A stretch of 64,000 bases of DNA from Gammaproteobacteria bacterium (GTDB lineage Bacteria; Pseudomonadota; Gammaproteobacteria; Eutrophobiales; Eutrophobiaceae): positions 18,629-82,628 of the forward strand of contig JACORW010000080.1 of NCBI GenBank assembly GCA_016179185.1. The letters run 5' to 3'. Below the pieces are notes generated by a model. The model had not been told where the DNA came from. It searched no databases and saw only the letters and a list, made by a program, of their open reading frames with translations. Made by a program: the position numbers and the translations under genes. Below are positions 37,330-47,843 of this stretch, in pieces; position 1 is the stretch's first letter; every line of letters starts with the position of its first letter.

Positions 37330-38823
37330 ATGGCCGTCGCAAAACTGAATACGAAGCCGGTACACATCAAGGATCCGTCGCTGTTCCGCACCGAAGCCTA
37401 CGTCAACGGTGAGTGGGTGCAGGCCGCCGACGGCGCCGTCATTGACGTAACCAACCCCGCGGACGGATCGTTGCTGGGCACGATCCCGAAACTTGACGCG
37501 GCCATGGTGCGCGGGGCGATCGACGCCGCCCACGCGGCCTGGCCGGCCTGGCGCGCCACGCTGGCGAAGGACAAGGCGCGCATCCTGCGCCGCTGGTATG
37601 AGTTGATCATGGAAAACCAGAAGGATCTGGCCGTGATCATGACGTTGGAGCAGGGCAAGTCGCTGACGGAGTCCATGGGCGAGATCGCCTATGCCGCCTC
37701 GTTTGTCGAGTGGTTTGCCGAGGAGGGCAAGCGCGTCTACGGCGACACCATCCCGCAGCACATGCACAACCGCCGCATCGTTGTCACCAAGGAGCCGGTG
37801 GGCGTGTGCGCCGCGATCACGCCGTGGAACTTTCCCGCCGCGATGATCACGCGGAAATGCGCGCCGGCGCTGGCGGCCGGATGTACGGCCATAGTCAAGC
37901 CCGCTTCGGAAACGCCGTTTTCTGCGCTGGCGCTGGCAGTGCTGGCCGGGCGGGCCGGTGTGCCGAAGGGCGTGTTCAACGTGGTCACCGGCAAGGCCGT
38001 GGTGGTGGGCGCGGAAATGACGTCGAATCCAGTCGTGCGCAAGCTGAGTTTCACCGGTTCAACGGAGATCGGATCGCTGTTGATGGCCCAGTGCGCCCCC
38101 ACGGTGAAGAAGCTGTCCATGGAACTGGGCGGAAATGCGCCGTTCATCGTGTTCGACGATGCAGACCTGGATGCTGCGGTCACCGGAGCGATGGCGTCGA
38201 AGTACCGAAACAGCGGCCAGACCTGCGTCTGTGCGAACCGGCTGCTCGTGCAGGAAGGCATATATGATGAATTCGTGCGCCGGCTCGCCGGTGCCGTGCA
38301 AAGCCAGTTGCGTGTCGGCAATGGGCTGGAAGAGGGCGTGTCACAGGGGCCGCTCATTAATACTGCGGCGGTGGAGAAGGTGGAACAGCACATCCGGGAC
38401 GCAGTCGGGAAGGGTGCGCGCGTTGTCGTCGGCGGTAAACGGCACGCGCTGGGCGGAACCTACTTCGAGCCCACGATCCTTGCGAACGTGACCCCGGCCA
38501 TGGCAGTGGCGCGCGAAGAGACCTTCGGCCCGCTGGCACCGGTGTTCCGGTTCAGGACGGAAGACGAGGCGATCCACATGGCTAACGACACCGAGTTCGG
38601 CCTCGCTGCGTATTTTTACACCCGCGATCTGGGCCGCGCCTGGCGCGTGGGCGAGGCGCTGGAATATGGAATGGTATGCGTCAACAGCGGAATACTCTCC
38701 ACGGAAGTCGCGCCCTTCGGCGGCATGAAGCACTCCGGCTTCGGCCGCGAGGGGTCGAAGTACGGGATCGAGGAGTATCTGGAGATCAAGTATTGGTGCT
38801 TGGGAGAGATTGACAAAAAATAA
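37330..38823 (+). CDS. gabD: Succinate-semialdehyde dehydrogenase
   Basis: 'MELGGNAPFIVFDDADLDAAV...YRNSGQTCVCANRLLVQ' closely parallels E. coli GabD as I recall it. It is followed by gabT. Confidence 0.85.
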   Translation: MAVAKLNTKPVHIKDPSLFRTEAYVNGEWVQAADGAVIDVTNPADGSLLGTIPKLDAAMVRGAIDAAHAAWPAWRATLAKDKARILRRWYELIMENQKDLAVIMTLEQGKSLTESMGEIAYAASFVEWFAEEGKRVYGDTIPQHMHNRRIVVTKEPVGVCAAITPWNFPAAMITRKCAPALAAGCTAIVKPASETPFSALALAVLAGRAGVPKGVFNVVTGKAVVVGAEMTSNPVVRKLSFTGSTEIGSLLMAQCAPTVKKLSMELGGNAPFIVFDDADLDAAVTGAMASKYRNSGQTCVCANRLLVQEGIYDEFVRRLAGAVQSQLRVGNGLEEGVSQGPLINTAAVEKVEQHIRDAVGKGARVVVGGKRHALGGTYFEPTILANVTPAMAVAREETFGPLAPVFRFRTEDEAIHMANDTEFGLAAYFYTRDLGRAWRVGEALEYGMVCVNSGILSTEVAPFGGMKHSGFGREGSKYGIEEYLEIKYWCLGEIDKK

Positions 38824-38991
38824 GTGGCTAGTGGCTGGTGGCTAGTGGCTGGCAAGAAAGAATTGAATACATACTTGACGCAGATTAACGAAGCGCCACG
38901 CTTACGTTAACAAACCAGCCACCAGCCACCAGCCACCAGCCACCAGCCACCAGCCACCAGCCACCAGCCACCAGCCACCAGCCACCAGCCA
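38824..38991. repeat. Inverted heptanucleotide-repeat element 1: (GTGGCTR)x4 - 63-nt spacer - (CCAGCCA)x~11
   Basis: Read directly. The left arm starts at the base after the gabD stop, and the right arm ends about 18 nt before the gabT ATG. The arms are reverse complements (imperfect). The spacer contains TTGACG (38875..38880). Confidence 0.9.
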
Positions 38992-39009
38992 CTCAATGGA
39001 ACCAAATTA

Positions 39010-40290
39010 ATGACGACTAACACAGAACTTCACCGCCGTCGCGAAGCCGCCGTCGTCCGCGGTGTCGCCAACATCCTGTCCGTCTACGCCGAGCGGGCGT
39101 TGAACGCCGAACTGTGGGACGTCGAGGGCCGGCGCTACATTGATTTCGCCAGCGGCATCGCCGTGGTGAACACCGGCCACAACCATCCGCGCGTGCGGGC
39201 GGCCGTCGAGGCCCAGTTGCAGAAGTTCAGCCACACGTGCTTTCAGGTTACGCCGTATGAGAATTACGTGGCGCTGGCGGAAAAGCTGAATGCCATCGTG
39301 CCGGGCAGCGAGCCGAAGAAGACCATATTTCTCACCACGGGTGCCGAGGCCGTGGAGAACGCGGTCAAGATCGCGCGCTTCGCCACCGGCCGGTCAGGCG
39401 TCATCGCCTTCAGCGGCGCATTCCACGGCCGCACGATGCTGGGCATGGCGCTCACCGGCAAGGTCGCGCCCTACAAGGTCGGATTCGGGCCGTTCCCCGC
39501 GGATATCTACCACGCGCCGTTCCCGATCCCCTATCACGGCGTGGACGTGGCCGATGCGCTGAAGGCGCTGGATCACCTGTTCAGGTCCGAGATCGATCCG
39601 GCCCGGGTCGCCGCGATGATCATCGAGCCGGTGCTGGGCGAGGGCGGGTTCTACGTCGCCCCGCCTGAGTTCCTGCAGGCGCTGCGCAGGATCTGCGATG
39701 AGAACGGCATCGTATTCATCGCCGACGAGATCCAGACCGGCTTCGCCCGTACCGGGCGCATGTTCGCCATCGAGCACGCCGGCGTGGAACCGGACATCAT
39801 GACGCTGGCGAAGAGCCTCGCCGGCGGATTTCCGTTGTCCGCCGTCACCGGCAAGGCAAAGATCATGGATGCCCCCGGTCCCGGCGGACTGGGCGGTACC
39901 TATGCCGGGTCGCCCATTGCCTGCGCCGCGGCCCTGGCCGCCATTGAGGTGATCGAGAAGGAAAAGCTGTGCGATCGCGCCCAGCAAATCGGGCAACTGA
40001 TTCGCAGCCGGCTCAGGACCATGCAGGAAAAGTTGTCCTGCATCGGGGAGATCCGGGCCCTGGGAGCAATGGTGTCCATCGAACTGGTGAAGAATCACAA
40101 CGCCGCGGAGCCGGATGCGGACCTGACCAAGGCACTGGTACAGGAAGCCGCGAAGCGCGGCCTCGTGATCCTGCCCTGCGGCGTGCGCGGCAACGTGATC
40201 CGGTTCCTCGCGCCGCTGACGATTTCCGACGCGCTGCTGGAGGAAGGTATGGACATCCTCGTGGCCGCGCTTGAGCACATTGCTCATTAG
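39010..40290 (+). CDS. gabT: 4-aminobutyrate--2-oxoglutarate transaminase
   Basis: Class-III aminotransferase. 'GIAVVNTGHNHPRV', 'DEIQTGFARTGRMFA', PLP-lysine context 'TLAKSLAGGFPLSAV'. Confidence 0.9.
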   Translation: MTTNTELHRRREAAVVRGVANILSVYAERALNAELWDVEGRRYIDFASGIAVVNTGHNHPRVRAAVEAQLQKFSHTCFQVTPYENYVALAEKLNAIVPGSEPKKTIFLTTGAEAVENAVKIARFATGRSGVIAFSGAFHGRTMLGMALTGKVAPYKVGFGPFPADIYHAPFPIPYHGVDVADALKALDHLFRSEIDPARVAAMIIEPVLGEGGFYVAPPEFLQALRRICDENGIVFIADEIQTGFARTGRMFAIEHAGVEPDIMTLAKSLAGGFPLSAVTGKAKIMDAPGPGGLGGTYAGSPIACAAALAAIEVIEKEKLCDRAQQIGQLIRSRLRTMQEKLSCIGEIRALGAMVSIELVKNHNAAEPDADLTKALVQEAAKRGLVILPCGVRGNVIRFLAPLTISDALLEEGMDILVAALEHIAH

Positions 40291-40412
40291 CACCCAACAA
40301 GTGAAACCGGGGATTTCAAGGCGGACGGGCCCTGTCAGCGAGCACGGATGGAGGCAGGCGGTGACAGGACCCGCTCGCCCGGAGGCCACAGTACTTTTCA
40401 GGTTTTCATGCA

Positions 40413-41378
40413 ATGACCTACTGGAAAAACACCGATCTCGCGTTCACACGCGAGGACCTGCGCGGCAGCGGCGATGAACCGACGTACAGCGGCGCAACCA
40501 GTTTCATGCGCCGCCGTTTCACCCGCGATCTCGCCGGCGTGGACGTGGCCGTGCTCGGCGTGCCCTGGGATCTCGGTACCAGCAACCGGCCCGGCGCGCG
40601 CTTCGGGCCGCGGGCGATCCGGGCGGCTTCCACGTTCCTGGCATGGGGCCGCCAGGACGGCTATGACTTCGATGTATTCGATCGCCTCGCTGTCGTGGAT
40701 TATGGCGACTGCGGGTTCGACTTCGGCCGGCCGGAGGAAGCGCCATCCACCATCGAATCGCAGGTGGGTTCGATAATTGAGAAAGGATCGGCGGTACTGG
40801 CCCTGGGCGGCGATCACTTCCTCAGTTTTCCGGTGCTGAAGGCGACGGCGGCGCGGCACGGACCGCTGTCACTGATCCACTTTGATGCGCATTCCGATAC
40901 CTGGAAGACCGAGCCGGGCCGGCGTGACCACGGTTCCATGTTCTATCACGCGGCCCGGGAGGGCATCGTAATGCCCGATCGATCGATCCAGATCGGGCTG
41001 CGCACGCCCAATGACGACACCTGGGGCTTTCAGCAGGTGAAGGCGCCGTGGGTGCACGAGCACGGCGTAGCCGCCACCGTGGACAGGATCCGCGCGGTTG
41101 TCGGCGATCGACGCTGCTACGTGACTTTCGACATTGATTGCCTCGACCCGGCGTTCGCGCCGGGCACCGGCACGCCGGTGATCGGCGGGCTGTCCACGCA
41201 CACGGCGCAGCAGATCCTGCGTGGTCTCACCGGGCTCAATATCGTCGGCATGGACATCACGGAAGTTGCACCGCCCTACGACGTCGCCGAGATCACGGCG
41301 CTGGCCGGGGCCACGCTGGCGGTGGAGATGCTGTATCTTTTTGCGCTCTCTCCGCTGCGACTGCGAGAGTCAACCTGA
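40413..41378 (+). CDS. Ureohydrolase of the agmatinase/guanidinobutyrase family
   Basis: Mn-binding motifs 'GGDHFLSFP', 'HFDAHSDTW', 'VTFDIDCLDPAFAPGTGTP'. Its position after gabD-gabT suggests guanidinobutyrase rather than SpeB (inference). Confidence 0.85.
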   Translation: MTYWKNTDLAFTREDLRGSGDEPTYSGATSFMRRRFTRDLAGVDVAVLGVPWDLGTSNRPGARFGPRAIRAASTFLAWGRQDGYDFDVFDRLAVVDYGDCGFDFGRPEEAPSTIESQVGSIIEKGSAVLALGGDHFLSFPVLKATAARHGPLSLIHFDAHSDTWKTEPGRRDHGSMFYHAAREGIVMPDRSIQIGLRTPNDDTWGFQQVKAPWVHEHGVAATVDRIRAVVGDRRCYVTFDIDCLDPAFAPGTGTPVIGGLSTHTAQQILRGLTGLNIVGMDITEVAPPYDVAEITALAGATLAVEMLYLFALSPLRLREST

Positions 41379-41427
41379 TTTTCAATCCCCGGGCAAAAAC
41401 CCGGGCGACGCGGTCTGGAGACAACCT

Positions 41428-43098
41428 ATGCTTGGCCTGATGATGGATATGCCGCTGACCGTGACGTCGATCATGGGACATGTGGAACGCGTGCATGGCG
41501 GCACCGGGATCGTGTCGGTTACACACGACCAGCCGCGCCATCGCTGCACCTATGCCGATGCCTTCCGCCGGGCGCGTCAACTTGCCAGTGCGCTTGCGGC
41601 ATTCGGCATCCGCAACGGGGATCGCGTGGGCACGCTGGCCTGGAACGATTACCGGCATTTCGAGCTGTATTACGCGATCTCCTGCATGGGCGCGGTAACA
41701 CACACCATCAACCCGCGCCTGTTTCCGGAGCAGATCGCCTGGATCGTCAACGATGCCCGTGACCGCGTGCTGTTTGTGGATCCGCTGGTGCTGCCGATCG
41801 TCGAGTCCGTGCGTCCGCAATTGCAACACGTGGAAACCATTGTCGTGCTGAGCGATGCGGCACACATGCCGGCGGTGGCGCACGCCGGGGCGCTGTGTTA
41901 TGAAGGTTTCATCGCAGCGCAGCCGGAAGCGTTTTCCTGGCCGGACCTGGAGGAACAGACTGCATGCACGCTGTGTTACACCTCCGGCACCACCGGGAAC
42001 CCCCGCGGCGTTCTGTATTCGCACCGCTCGCAGGTTTTGCATTCACTGTTCTCCTGTGCTGTGGACGCCCTGGCGCTTTCCGCACGCGACGTCGTAATGC
42101 CCGTTGTGCCCATGTTTCACGTCAATGCCTGGGGTCTGGCCTACTCCGCGCCGCTGGTCGGCGCCAAGCTGGTGTTTCCCGGGCCGAAGGCTGGCGACGG
42201 CGAGACGTTGCAGAATCTCATGGACACGGAACAGGTGACGTTTTCCGCCGGCGTGCCGACCGTGTGGCTGGCGTTGCTGGCTTACCTGCGCCGCACCGGC
42301 AAGCGCATTGATTCGTTGCAGCGCGTCGTCATTGGGGGCGCCGCCTGTCCGTGGTCGGTCATGGAGGAGTTCGAGCGGGATCATGGCGTACACGTTCATC
42401 ATGCCTGGGGCATGACCGAAATGAGCCCGTTGGGCACCGTCAACCATCCAATCCGCGGCACCGAGACCCTGGCGCCGGACGAACAGAAGGCCCGGCGCAT
42501 GAAGCAGGGTCGGGCGATGTTTGGAGTGGAGATGAAAGTTGTTGATGACTCCGGAGCGGAGTTGCCGTGGGACGGCAGGTCCGCGGGCCTGCTCAAGGTG
42601 CGCGGCCCGACGGTGTGCGCGGGGTATTTTCAGGAGACAGGCCCGGTAGAGGCACATGCCGAACCCGGCTGGTTCGCCACCGGCGACGTGGCGCACATTG
42701 ATGCTGACGGTTATCTGCAGATCACCGATCGCGCCAAGGACGTCATCAAGTCCGGCGGAGAATGGATCAGTTCCATCGATCTCGAGAATGCCGCCATGGA
42801 ACATCCGGCCGTGGCGGAAGCGGCCGTGATCGCCGTGCCGCACCCGACGTGGACCGAGCGGCCGTTATTGATCCTGGTGCTGCGCGAACGTTGCGCGTTG
42901 ACACGGGAAGAAATGCTGGCGTTTCTGCGCGAACGGGTCGCCAAGTGGTGGCTGCCGGACGACGTCGTATTTGTGACGCAGATCCCTCACACGGCCACGG
43001 GAAAGATTCTGAAAACGAAGCTGCGCAAGCTGTATACGGACTACAAACTGCACGATGACGAAGAAGGGAAGGTGTCGGGCTGTCCCCCGGGACAATAG
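41428..43098 (+). CDS. Long/medium-chain fatty-acid--CoA ligase (AMP-dependent synthetase)
   Basis: Table ORF 41221..43098 overlaps the previous gene, so it is trimmed to the ATG at 41428 (GGAG upstream). '[18 protein letters not shown]', '[34 protein letters not shown]'. Confidence 0.85.
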   Translation: MLGLMMDMPLTVTSIMGHVERVHGGTGIVSVTHDQPRHRCTYADAFRRARQLASALAAFGIRNGDRVGTLAWNDYRHFELYYAISCMGAVTHTINPRLFPEQIAWIVNDARDRVLFVDPLVLPIVESVRPQLQHVETIVVLSDAAHMPAVAHAGALCYEGFIAAQPEAFSWPDLEEQTACTLCYTSGTTGNPRGVLYSHRSQVLHSLFSCAVDALALSARDVVMPVVPMFHVNAWGLAYSAPLVGAKLVFPGPKAGDGETLQNLMDTEQVTFSAGVPTVWLALLAYLRRTGKRIDSLQRVVIGGAACPWSVMEEFERDHGVHVHHAWGMTEMSPLGTVNHPIRGTETLAPDEQKARRMKQGRAMFGVEMKVVDDSGAELPWDGRSAGLLKVRGPTVCAGYFQETGPVEAHAEPGWFATGDVAHIDADGYLQITDRAKDVIKSGGEWISSIDLENAAMEHPAVAEAAVIAVPHPTWTERPLLILVLRERCALTREEMLAFLRERVAKWWLPDDVVFVTQIPHTATGKILKTKLRKLYTDYKLHDDEEGKVSGCPPGQ

Positions 43099-43127
43099 AT
43101 CAAATTCAAGGAGTTGTCTGTCGTGGT

Positions 43128-45410
43128 GTGGGGAACTTGCATGGAATTTGCGGATCAGCCGGGCTTTATACGGCGCGCAATGCTGCGCAGTCGAACCCCG
43201 TCGGGGCGCGTGCTTTGAGTGATGCATCGAATCCATCGCGGCATCCGCTGGCTGACCTGTTCCTGATCAGCTTCCTGATTCTGTTATTCGAACTGGCGGC
43301 GATTCGCTGGTTCGCGAGCACGGTCGTCTTCCTCACGTTTTTTACCAATATTGTGCTGCTGGCCTGCTTTCTGGGCATGAGCGTGGGATTGCTCGCGGCC
43401 CGCAGACCGCAAAACTTCGTGCAGACGGCGTTGCCCGTGGCAATGCTGACGTTCGCCGCCGCAATCGCCACACACCTGCTTTATTGGCAATGGGCGGATC
43501 AGGTCACGGTCGCCCTCGGCAACCAGCAGACATCGCCCCGGATGATCTATTTCGGCACCGAATACCGGCCCGCCGATCCGGGCCGCTGGGTCATTCCAAT
43601 GTGGGCGATAGCCGGCACGTTCTTCACGCTCATCGCACTCACTTTCGTCGGTCTTGGGCAGGTGATGGGCCGCGCGTTCGACGCCATTCCAGATCGCGTC
43701 GTGGCGTACAGTGTGGATATCCTGGGCAGCCTGGCCGGCATCACCGCATTCGCGGCAATGAGTTACTTTCAATTGCCGCCGACCGCGTGGTTCGTCCCAA
43801 TCGTGTTGCTCATGCTTCACTTCGCCGGGTGGCGCAGGCCGTCACAGGTCGCCGCCGCGGCGGCGATGCTGATACTCGTCGGCATAGGCGCGCACGGCCG
43901 GATTGTCCATGGCCAGGTGTCCTGGTCGCCGTACTACAAGATCGCGTTCGACCCCCGGCTCCGGACGATCTCCACAAACGACATCGGACACCAGAGCATG
44001 GTGGAGATCGGGAAATACGGCACTGCATATCTGCTGCCGTACCTGATCAACCGCGACGCGGGTGGCACGGCGTTCGAGGAAGTGATGATCATTGGCGCGG
44101 GCAGCGGAAATGACGTCGCGGCAGCGCTGCGCGCCGGAGCCAGGCGCATCGACGCAGTCGAGATCGATCCGGGAATCACCGAGCTCGGCCGGCGCTGGCA
44201 CCCCAACCAGCCCTATGCCGACGCGCGCGTGTCGGTTCATCTCGATGACGGTCGCAGTTTCGCGCGCAATACCGGCGGCAGATACGACCTCGCAGTGTAC
44301 GCCCTGGTTGATTCATTGGTGCTGCACTCGGGCTACTCCAGCCTGCGGCTGGAGAATTTCCTTTTCTCCCGCGAGGCATTCGAGGACGTGAAGCGCACGC
44401 TCAAGCCTGACGGCGTTTTCGCCATGTACAACTTCTACCGGCAGGGCTGGGTGGTCGGCAGGGTCGCAAAAATGGCCCAGGAGGTATTCGGCGAGAAACC
44501 GCTGATCATTTCGCTGCCACACCAGGACCGGATCCAGCCCGATGACAGCCAGCGCGGCCATATAACTTTCCTGCTGGTCAGCGCCGATTCCAGACGCCTG
44601 CAGGCGGTGCGGGCCAGGTTCGAGAAAGGCGAGAGCTTCTGGGCACTCCCGGAGCCGCCCGCAAACGAGGCGATCAACGGCTTCCGTACCGCTGCTCCCG
44701 GGGCAGGCTGGGACAGGGCCGCGCCTGCGCAGATTGACCTTGACCGCATTAACCTGCTGCCGAGCGATGACTGGCCGCAGCTCTACCTTCGAAACCGCGA
44801 GATTCCATGGTCCCCGATCGGCCAGGGCATGCTCACCGTGGCCGTGCTGTCCCTGGCCATCCTGCTCGCGTTCGCACCGGAGCGGCGCCTCCGCCCCAAC
44901 TGGCAGATGTTCTTCCTCGGCGCGGGCTTCATGTTGCTCGAAACCAAGGGCGTAGTGCACATGGCACTGCTTTTCGGCGGTACCTGGGTCGTGAATTCGG
45001 TGGTGTTCTTTGCCATCCTGGTGATGATCCTGTGCGCCAACCTTTACGTACTGGCGGCGAATCCACGCAAGCTGACGCCCTGCTATGCGCTGCTGGTCGC
45101 GGCGCTGCTCCTGAACGCCTTTGTGCCGATGAACGTGTTCCTGTCATTCCCCCCTGTCGCGCGGGTCGCCGGTTCCTGCCTGATAGTCTTCGTTCCGGTA
45201 TTCTTCGCCGGGGTGATCTTCGCCTCCACGTTCAGGGAGAGCCGCCGCCCGGGCGTGGACTTGGGCTCCAACATAGCGGGCATCATCCTCGGCGGGCTGA
45301 GCGAGCAGTTGTCGCTGGTGCTGGGATTCAACAATCTTCTGCTGCTGGCGGCGGGATACTACCTGCTGTCGCTCGCGTTACGGCCTCGCGGCCCCCCGAC
45401 ACCGGCTTAG
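43128..45410 (+). CDS. Polytopic membrane protein with a central spermidine-synthase-like (class I methyltransferase fold) domain
   Basis: Multiple TM segments on both sides of 'VMIIGAGSGNDVAAALRAGARRIDAVEIDPGITELGRR...VHLDDGRSF...YDLAVYALVDS'. The start is uncertain (an in-frame TTG at 43215 is possible). Confidence 0.6.
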   Translation: MGNLHGICGSAGLYTARNAAQSNPVGARALSDASNPSRHPLADLFLISFLILLFELAAIRWFASTVVFLTFFTNIVLLACFLGMSVGLLAARRPQNFVQTALPVAMLTFAAAIATHLLYWQWADQVTVALGNQQTSPRMIYFGTEYRPADPGRWVIPMWAIAGTFFTLIALTFVGLGQVMGRAFDAIPDRVVAYSVDILGSLAGITAFAAMSYFQLPPTAWFVPIVLLMLHFAGWRRPSQVAAAAAMLILVGIGAHGRIVHGQVSWSPYYKIAFDPRLRTISTNDIGHQSMVEIGKYGTAYLLPYLINRDAGGTAFEEVMIIGAGSGNDVAAALRAGARRIDAVEIDPGITELGRRWHPNQPYADARVSVHLDDGRSFARNTGGRYDLAVYALVDSLVLHSGYSSLRLENFLFSREAFEDVKRTLKPDGVFAMYNFYRQGWVVGRVAKMAQEVFGEKPLIISLPHQDRIQPDDSQRGHITFLLVSADSRRLQAVRARFEKGESFWALPEPPANEAINGFRTAAPGAGWDRAAPAQIDLDRINLLPSDDWPQLYLRNREIPWSPIGQGMLTVAVLSLAILLAFAPERRLRPNWQMFFLGAGFMLLETKGVVHMALLFGGTWVVNSVVFFAILVMILCANLYVLAANPRKLTPCYALLVAALLLNAFVPMNVFLSFPPVARVAGSCLIVFVPVFFAGVIFASTFRESRRPGVDLGSNIAGIILGGLSEQLSLVLGFNNLLLLAAGYYLLSLALRPRGPPTPA

Positions 45411-45436
45411 CGAACGTGCCGACGCAAGTCTCCGTC

Positions 45437-47755
45437 ATGAGCAGCGACAAGACGCAGGTGGAATTGCCCATGTGGGCCGCGCCGGGCGTTTTTGCCACCC
45501 TCACGCTGGCGATGTTTTTCGATCTGCTCTTTACCGATGGACAAATCGTCTCGTCGTTGAACACGGACCTGGCGACGCAATTTGTCGCGTGGCGCGAATA
45601 TGGATATTCACAATTGCGACTGGGAACGTTCCCGCTGTGGAATCCGCATATCTACAGCGGCACGCCTTATTTCGCCGGATTTCAATCGGCCTTGCTCTAT
45701 CCGATAAACTGGCTGCATCTGTTTTTGCCGGCCACGCTCGCGATCAACTGGATCACTGCGATGCACGTATTCCTCGCCGGATATTTCACGTACCTCTGGT
45801 GCCGCAGGCAGGGGATCAACGCGGCCGGATCGATCGTCGCGGGAATCATCTTCATGTTCTCCGGCCCGTTCTTCATGCGCGTCTATGCCGGTCACCTGCC
45901 CCACCTTGGCGTGATGATCTGGACACCGCTCATGCTTCTGGCGCTGGACGCGCTTTCGCAAACCGGTGATTGGCGATGGATCATCCCCGGCAGCGGCGCG
46001 ACAACCATGCACATTCTCGCCGGTCATCCGCAGTATGTTTATTACACCGGCATCGCGCTGACAATCTATGTCGCGATTCTGACGATCCGTTCAACGCATC
46101 GGCGGTGCATCGTTGCCGGTATGCTCGCAATGTATCTGATCGCATCGTTGATCTCCGCGGTGCAGTTGTTCTCAAGTGTCCAGGCGGCCGGTGAATTCGT
46201 GCGCAGTGATGGCGCCAGTTTCCAGTTCGCATCCACGCTGGCGCTGTCACCGGCAAGCGTGATCACGGCCATCGCGCCGAATTTTTTCGGTTCCGTGCCG
46301 ATGGCGCCATCCGGCCATTACGGCCACGCTTATTGGGGCGGATCGTATCTGTGGGAGATGACGGTGTTCGCGGGCATCGGTGGACTGACCCTGGCGGTGA
46401 TCGGCGCAGTCCGTGGGCCGCGACAAGTCGCCGCACCGGCAATGGTCATGATCGTCATCACGCTCGTGTTGGCGTTGGGGCGCCACACGCCGCTTTACGG
46501 ACCGATGTTTGAATTATTGCCCGGATACGGCAGCTTTCGCGCTACCGCGAAATTCGTGTATCTCACGGTGCTGTTCGTTGCACTTCTGGCCGCGCTGGGA
46601 CTGGATTCTGTCTGGCGCAATCCGCCACTTGCGCGGCGATTCAGCATCGGTGTTGCCGCCGCCGCGGTGCTCATCGCGCTGGTGGCCGCAATTATCCGGC
46701 AATCGTTCGACCACTGGACAGGCTTCGTTCATGCGGTGGTTGTCGCCGCCGTCAACAGTCACGAATATTTCTTCCCTCTCGACCCGAGCGAGCCGGCATT
46801 TCTGGATCGAGCCTGGAATCAGGCGATTGGCTCGCTCGGTCTCGCAGCCGGCATGTGCGCCTTGTTCGCGGCGCTGTTGTGGATGGCGCCGAACAGGAAA
46901 TGGATGCCACATCTGCTCATGGTGACCGTGGCGGCGGAGATGTTCGCCTTCGGCCGCGCGATTCGCGCGACTACCGAACCAAGACCCCGGCCGATCCCGG
47001 CGATCTGGCGAAGCGCGATCGGTGCAATGCCGCCAGACACGCGCCTGCTCGCGCCGGAACCGCAGTTCGCCAATGCGGGGATGCTCGATGGATTCGAAAA
47101 TCTTGCCGGTTACGACCCCGGCGTACTGCGCCGATATGCCGAGTTGAACTTCGCGTCGCAACAGCTGCCCTACTCGCAAGCCACGCAATATGTGCGATTC
47201 GACCAGCGCAGCGAGCCGCTGCTGCGCATGTTCAGATGCAGGTTGATCATGGCCGATCCGGCACAACCGCCCGTGGAGGTGCCGAACCCGCTCGCGGTTG
47301 CGCAACTCGTGTCACACTGGGTCACGGCGGAAAACGTCGATCAGGCGATCGCGCATGTCACGCAATCGGACTTCGATCCCGCGACAACTGTGGTACTCGA
47401 ATCACCGGTTGACTTGCCCGGCGGCGAAAGTTCCGACTCCCCTGGCACCGTTCGTCTGCGGGATCGCCGGATTGGTCGGGTTGAAATCGAGGCGGATGTA
47501 TCACGACCCGCCGTGCTTCTGGTGACCGAGAATTACAGCACGGGCTGGCGCGTGATCCCCGTCGCGAAAGCGCAAAGCAGATATCAAATCCTGCCCGCAA
47601 ATCATGCGCTGATGGCGATCCCCCTTCAGACGGGCAGACATCATCTCGTTCTCGAGTATTCCCCTGCGGCGTTCCGGATCGGGCAATGGGTTTCGATAAC
47701 TTCGCTTATATCGTTCTTCCTTGGTTCAATCTGGCTGGTTCGAAAAGCGAAATAA
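45437..47755 (+). CDS. YfhO-like polytopic membrane protein (putative glycosyltransferase-type)
   Basis: Table ORF 44807..47755 overlaps the previous gene, so it is trimmed to the ATG at 45437 ('MSSDKTQVELP'). 'GTFPLWNPHIYSGTPYFAGFQSALLYP' and many TM segments resemble the YfhO family. Confidence 0.55.
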   Translation: MSSDKTQVELPMWAAPGVFATLTLAMFFDLLFTDGQIVSSLNTDLATQFVAWREYGYSQLRLGTFPLWNPHIYSGTPYFAGFQSALLYPINWLHLFLPATLAINWITAMHVFLAGYFTYLWCRRQGINAAGSIVAGIIFMFSGPFFMRVYAGHLPHLGVMIWTPLMLLALDALSQTGDWRWIIPGSGATTMHILAGHPQYVYYTGIALTIYVAILTIRSTHRRCIVAGMLAMYLIASLISAVQLFSSVQAAGEFVRSDGASFQFASTLALSPASVITAIAPNFFGSVPMAPSGHYGHAYWGGSYLWEMTVFAGIGGLTLAVIGAVRGPRQVAAPAMVMIVITLVLALGRHTPLYGPMFELLPGYGSFRATAKFVYLTVLFVALLAALGLDSVWRNPPLARRFSIGVAAAAVLIALVAAIIRQSFDHWTGFVHAVVVAAVNSHEYFFPLDPSEPAFLDRAWNQAIGSLGLAAGMCALFAALLWMAPNRKWMPHLLMVTVAAEMFAFGRAIRATTEPRPRPIPAIWRSAIGAMPPDTRLLAPEPQFANAGMLDGFENLAGYDPGVLRRYAELNFASQQLPYSQATQYVRFDQRSEPLLRMFRCRLIMADPAQPPVEVPNPLAVAQLVSHWVTAENVDQAIAHVTQSDFDPATTVVLESPVDLPGGESSDSPGTVRLRDRRIGRVEIEADVSRPAVLLVTENYSTGWRVIPVAKAQSRYQILPANHALMAIPLQTGRHHLVLEYSPAAFRIGQWVSITSLISFFLGSIWLVRKAK

Positions 47756-47843
47756 ACAGGGCAGGAGTCTGAGCCGTCCCCGGCATCGGCAAGATCCTGA
47801 AGACGGAATTGCGGAAGCGATTTGGGGACCACAAGCTCCCGGT

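Noticed and set aside
38852-38914. Internal promoter in the heptamer-element spacers (all three contain TTGACA/TTGACG)
   Set aside because: At 16-19 nt downstream I find only ACGCTT, ACCATT and AAGACT, none a convincing -10 hexamer. I kept this as an observation inside the findings but not as a promoter feature.
38824-38991. CRISPR array as an explanation for the repeat clusters (also 63258..64000)
   Set aside because: The units are 7 nt and directly abutting, with no unique spacers between them. There is a single spacer between two opposed arrays, and no cas genes are in the window.
44807-45436. 210-aa N-terminal extension of the YfhO-like ORF. Similar over-extensions are at 20758..22923, 41221..43098, 15037..16371, 5649..7274, 8932..9702, 29229..30686 and 30589..31146.
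   Set aside because: The extensions overlap the preceding gene in another frame and look like low-complexity Arg/Pro sequence. Downstream in-frame starts give sensible N-termini, often with an RBS or stop/start coupling.
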